Source of the DNA: an uncultured Gemmatimonadaceae bacterium
GTDB lineage: Bacteria; Gemmatimonadota; Gemmatimonadetes; Gemmatimonadales; Gemmatimonadaceae
DNA: 64,000 bases
Assembly (NCBI GenBank): GCA_963781585.1
Contig: CAWAGQ010000012.1
Coordinates: 14,307 to 78,306 of the forward strand
Reading direction: 5' to 3'
Both the position numbers and the translations under genes were made by a program. Position 1 is the first letter of the stretch, and each line of letters begins with the position of its first letter. The notes below the pieces were generated by a model. That model ran no database searches, was not told the DNA's origin, and saw only the letters and a program-made list of their open reading frames with translations. Positions 62,749-64,000 of the stretch are shown piece after piece.

Positions 62749-62932
62749 GAGTGAGCGTGGTCCGTTGTTGTGTTCCACCAAGCTACTCGTCCGTGAATCG
62801 AGGGAAAGGCGACATCACGCCTGGCCTCTGGCCGCTGGACTCTGGACTCTCCCCCCTCATCTGTTTAGCCTGCGCGAGTGAAGTCGATGCTGCTGTCATT
62901 CCGCCGTTGCCATTCGAAACGCCTCCCTGGCG

Positions 62933-63985
62933 ATGCGGGGCGCAATGTTGGCCGTCCTGTTCGCCTCCCTCGCTGGCAGCGCCGCGGCACAGTCCGGGAG
63001 TGATTCCGGCAGAACGCGACCTGATTCATCCCGTCGGGACTCGGCGTCCGCCCGAAAGCCGCCTGCCGCAAAGTCGGCCCCGAAGAAATCGACCACCAAG
63101 GCAGCGCCCAAGGGCACGTCATCGAAGGCCGATCCTCCGGCGAAGCCGCGCATCGCACCTACGAACCCGGGCTGGCCGGTCAAGGCTCCCGCGCCGCTGC
63201 CAGGCGCGATTCTGCCGGGCCACCGCATCGTGGCGTACTACGGCAACCCGCTGTCCAAACGCATGGGCATCCTCGGCGAGGTGCCGCCTGACGAGATGCT
63301 CCGGAGGCTGGACCGCGAAGTGGCCGCGTGGAACAGGGCGGATACGACCACGCCGGCGATCCCCGCCCTCCACCTCATCGTTACCGTGGCGCAGGGCAGC
63401 GCGGGATCGGATGGGATGTATCGCGCCCGGATGGCCGACACGCTGGTGGAGCGCGTGTACTCGTGGGCGCGCCAGAAGAACGGATTGATGTTTCTCGACG
63501 TGCAGGTGGGAAAGAGCTCCATCCAATCCGAGCTGCCGCGGCTGGAGAAGTTCCTGTCGCGACCGGACGTTCACCTGGCGATCGATCCGGAATTCTCCAT
63601 GAAGCGCGGCGGCGCGCCTGGAAAACGCATCGGCACCTACGACGCTGACGACGTGAACTGGGCGATCAACTTTCTCGCTGGAATCGTCAGCAAGTACAGC
63701 TTGCCTCCCAAGGTGCTCGTGGTGCATCGCTTCACGCGCCCGATGCTCACGAACTTCAAGCAGATCAAGCTCGACCCGCGGGTGCAGGTGGTGGTGAACA
63801 TGGATGGCTGGGGTCCGCCGCATCTGAAGGTCGACTCGTACCAGGCATACGTGTACAGCGAACCGGTCCAGTACACCGGGTTCAAGCTCTTCTATCACAA
63901 CGACACGAAGAGCGGGCTCCCGCTGATGACGCCGACTCAGGTGTTGGCGCTGTTTCCGCGCCCGCTGTATATCCAGTACCAGTAG
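62933..63985 (+). CDS. conserved secreted hypothetical protein
   Basis: Signal peptide, K/A/P-rich linker, VAYYGNP...LDVQVG...HLAIDPEF...DGWG...GFKLFY. Confidence 0.8.
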   Translation: MRGAMLAVLFASLAGSAAAQSGSDSGRTRPDSSRRDSASARKPPAAKSAPKKSTTKAAPKGTSSKADPPAKPRIAPTNPGWPVKAPAPLPGAILPGHRIVAYYGNPLSKRMGILGEVPPDEMLRRLDREVAAWNRADTTTPAIPALHLIVTVAQGSAGSDGMYRARMADTLVERVYSWARQKNGLMFLDVQVGKSSIQSELPRLEKFLSRPDVHLAIDPEFSMKRGGAPGKRIGTYDADDVNWAINFLAGIVSKYSLPPKVLVVHRFTRPMLTNFKQIKLDPRVQVVVNMDGWGPPHLKVDSYQAYVYSEPVQYTGFKLFYHNDTKSGLPLMTPTQVLALFPRPLYIQYQ

Positions 63986-64000
63986 GCCAAAGGCCAAAGG

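Overview
GC-rich bacterial chromosome segment; gene content and protein style suggest Gemmatimonadota (inference). Kb 1-22 is a minus-strand type IVa pilus region: pilS-pilR, two tandem GT-C-like membrane proteins, a GT2, pilA with a sigma54 promoter, pilV/W/X-like minor pilins, pilMNOPQ and a large lipoprotein, followed by aroC, aroK, smg and topA. Kb 22-40 holds housekeeping and envelope genes (arfB, Zn-metalloprotease, threonine dehydratase, hslR, ppk2, ABC permease, beta-propellers). Kb 40-48 is an MFP plus two RND permeases. The most unusual structure is at kb 47.7-53.0: the 3' end of the last RND gene and its downstream sequence recur four times and separate three cargo blocks (two toxin-antitoxin pairs and a propeller/carboxypeptidase-like pair), with no integrase in the window. 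Kb 55.7-59.0 is an AT-richer IS1-family element carrying dinD and other passengers, followed by three lipoprotein genes, two of which share a 40-bp leader. Window-wide, the octamer CGTTAGGC is strongly over-represented, and degenerate heptamer tandem repeats occupy many intergenic spacers. Many genes carry scattered frameshifts, most likely long-read assembly indels, so several starts and ends are approximate. I recognised no rRNA, tRNA or CRISPR array.
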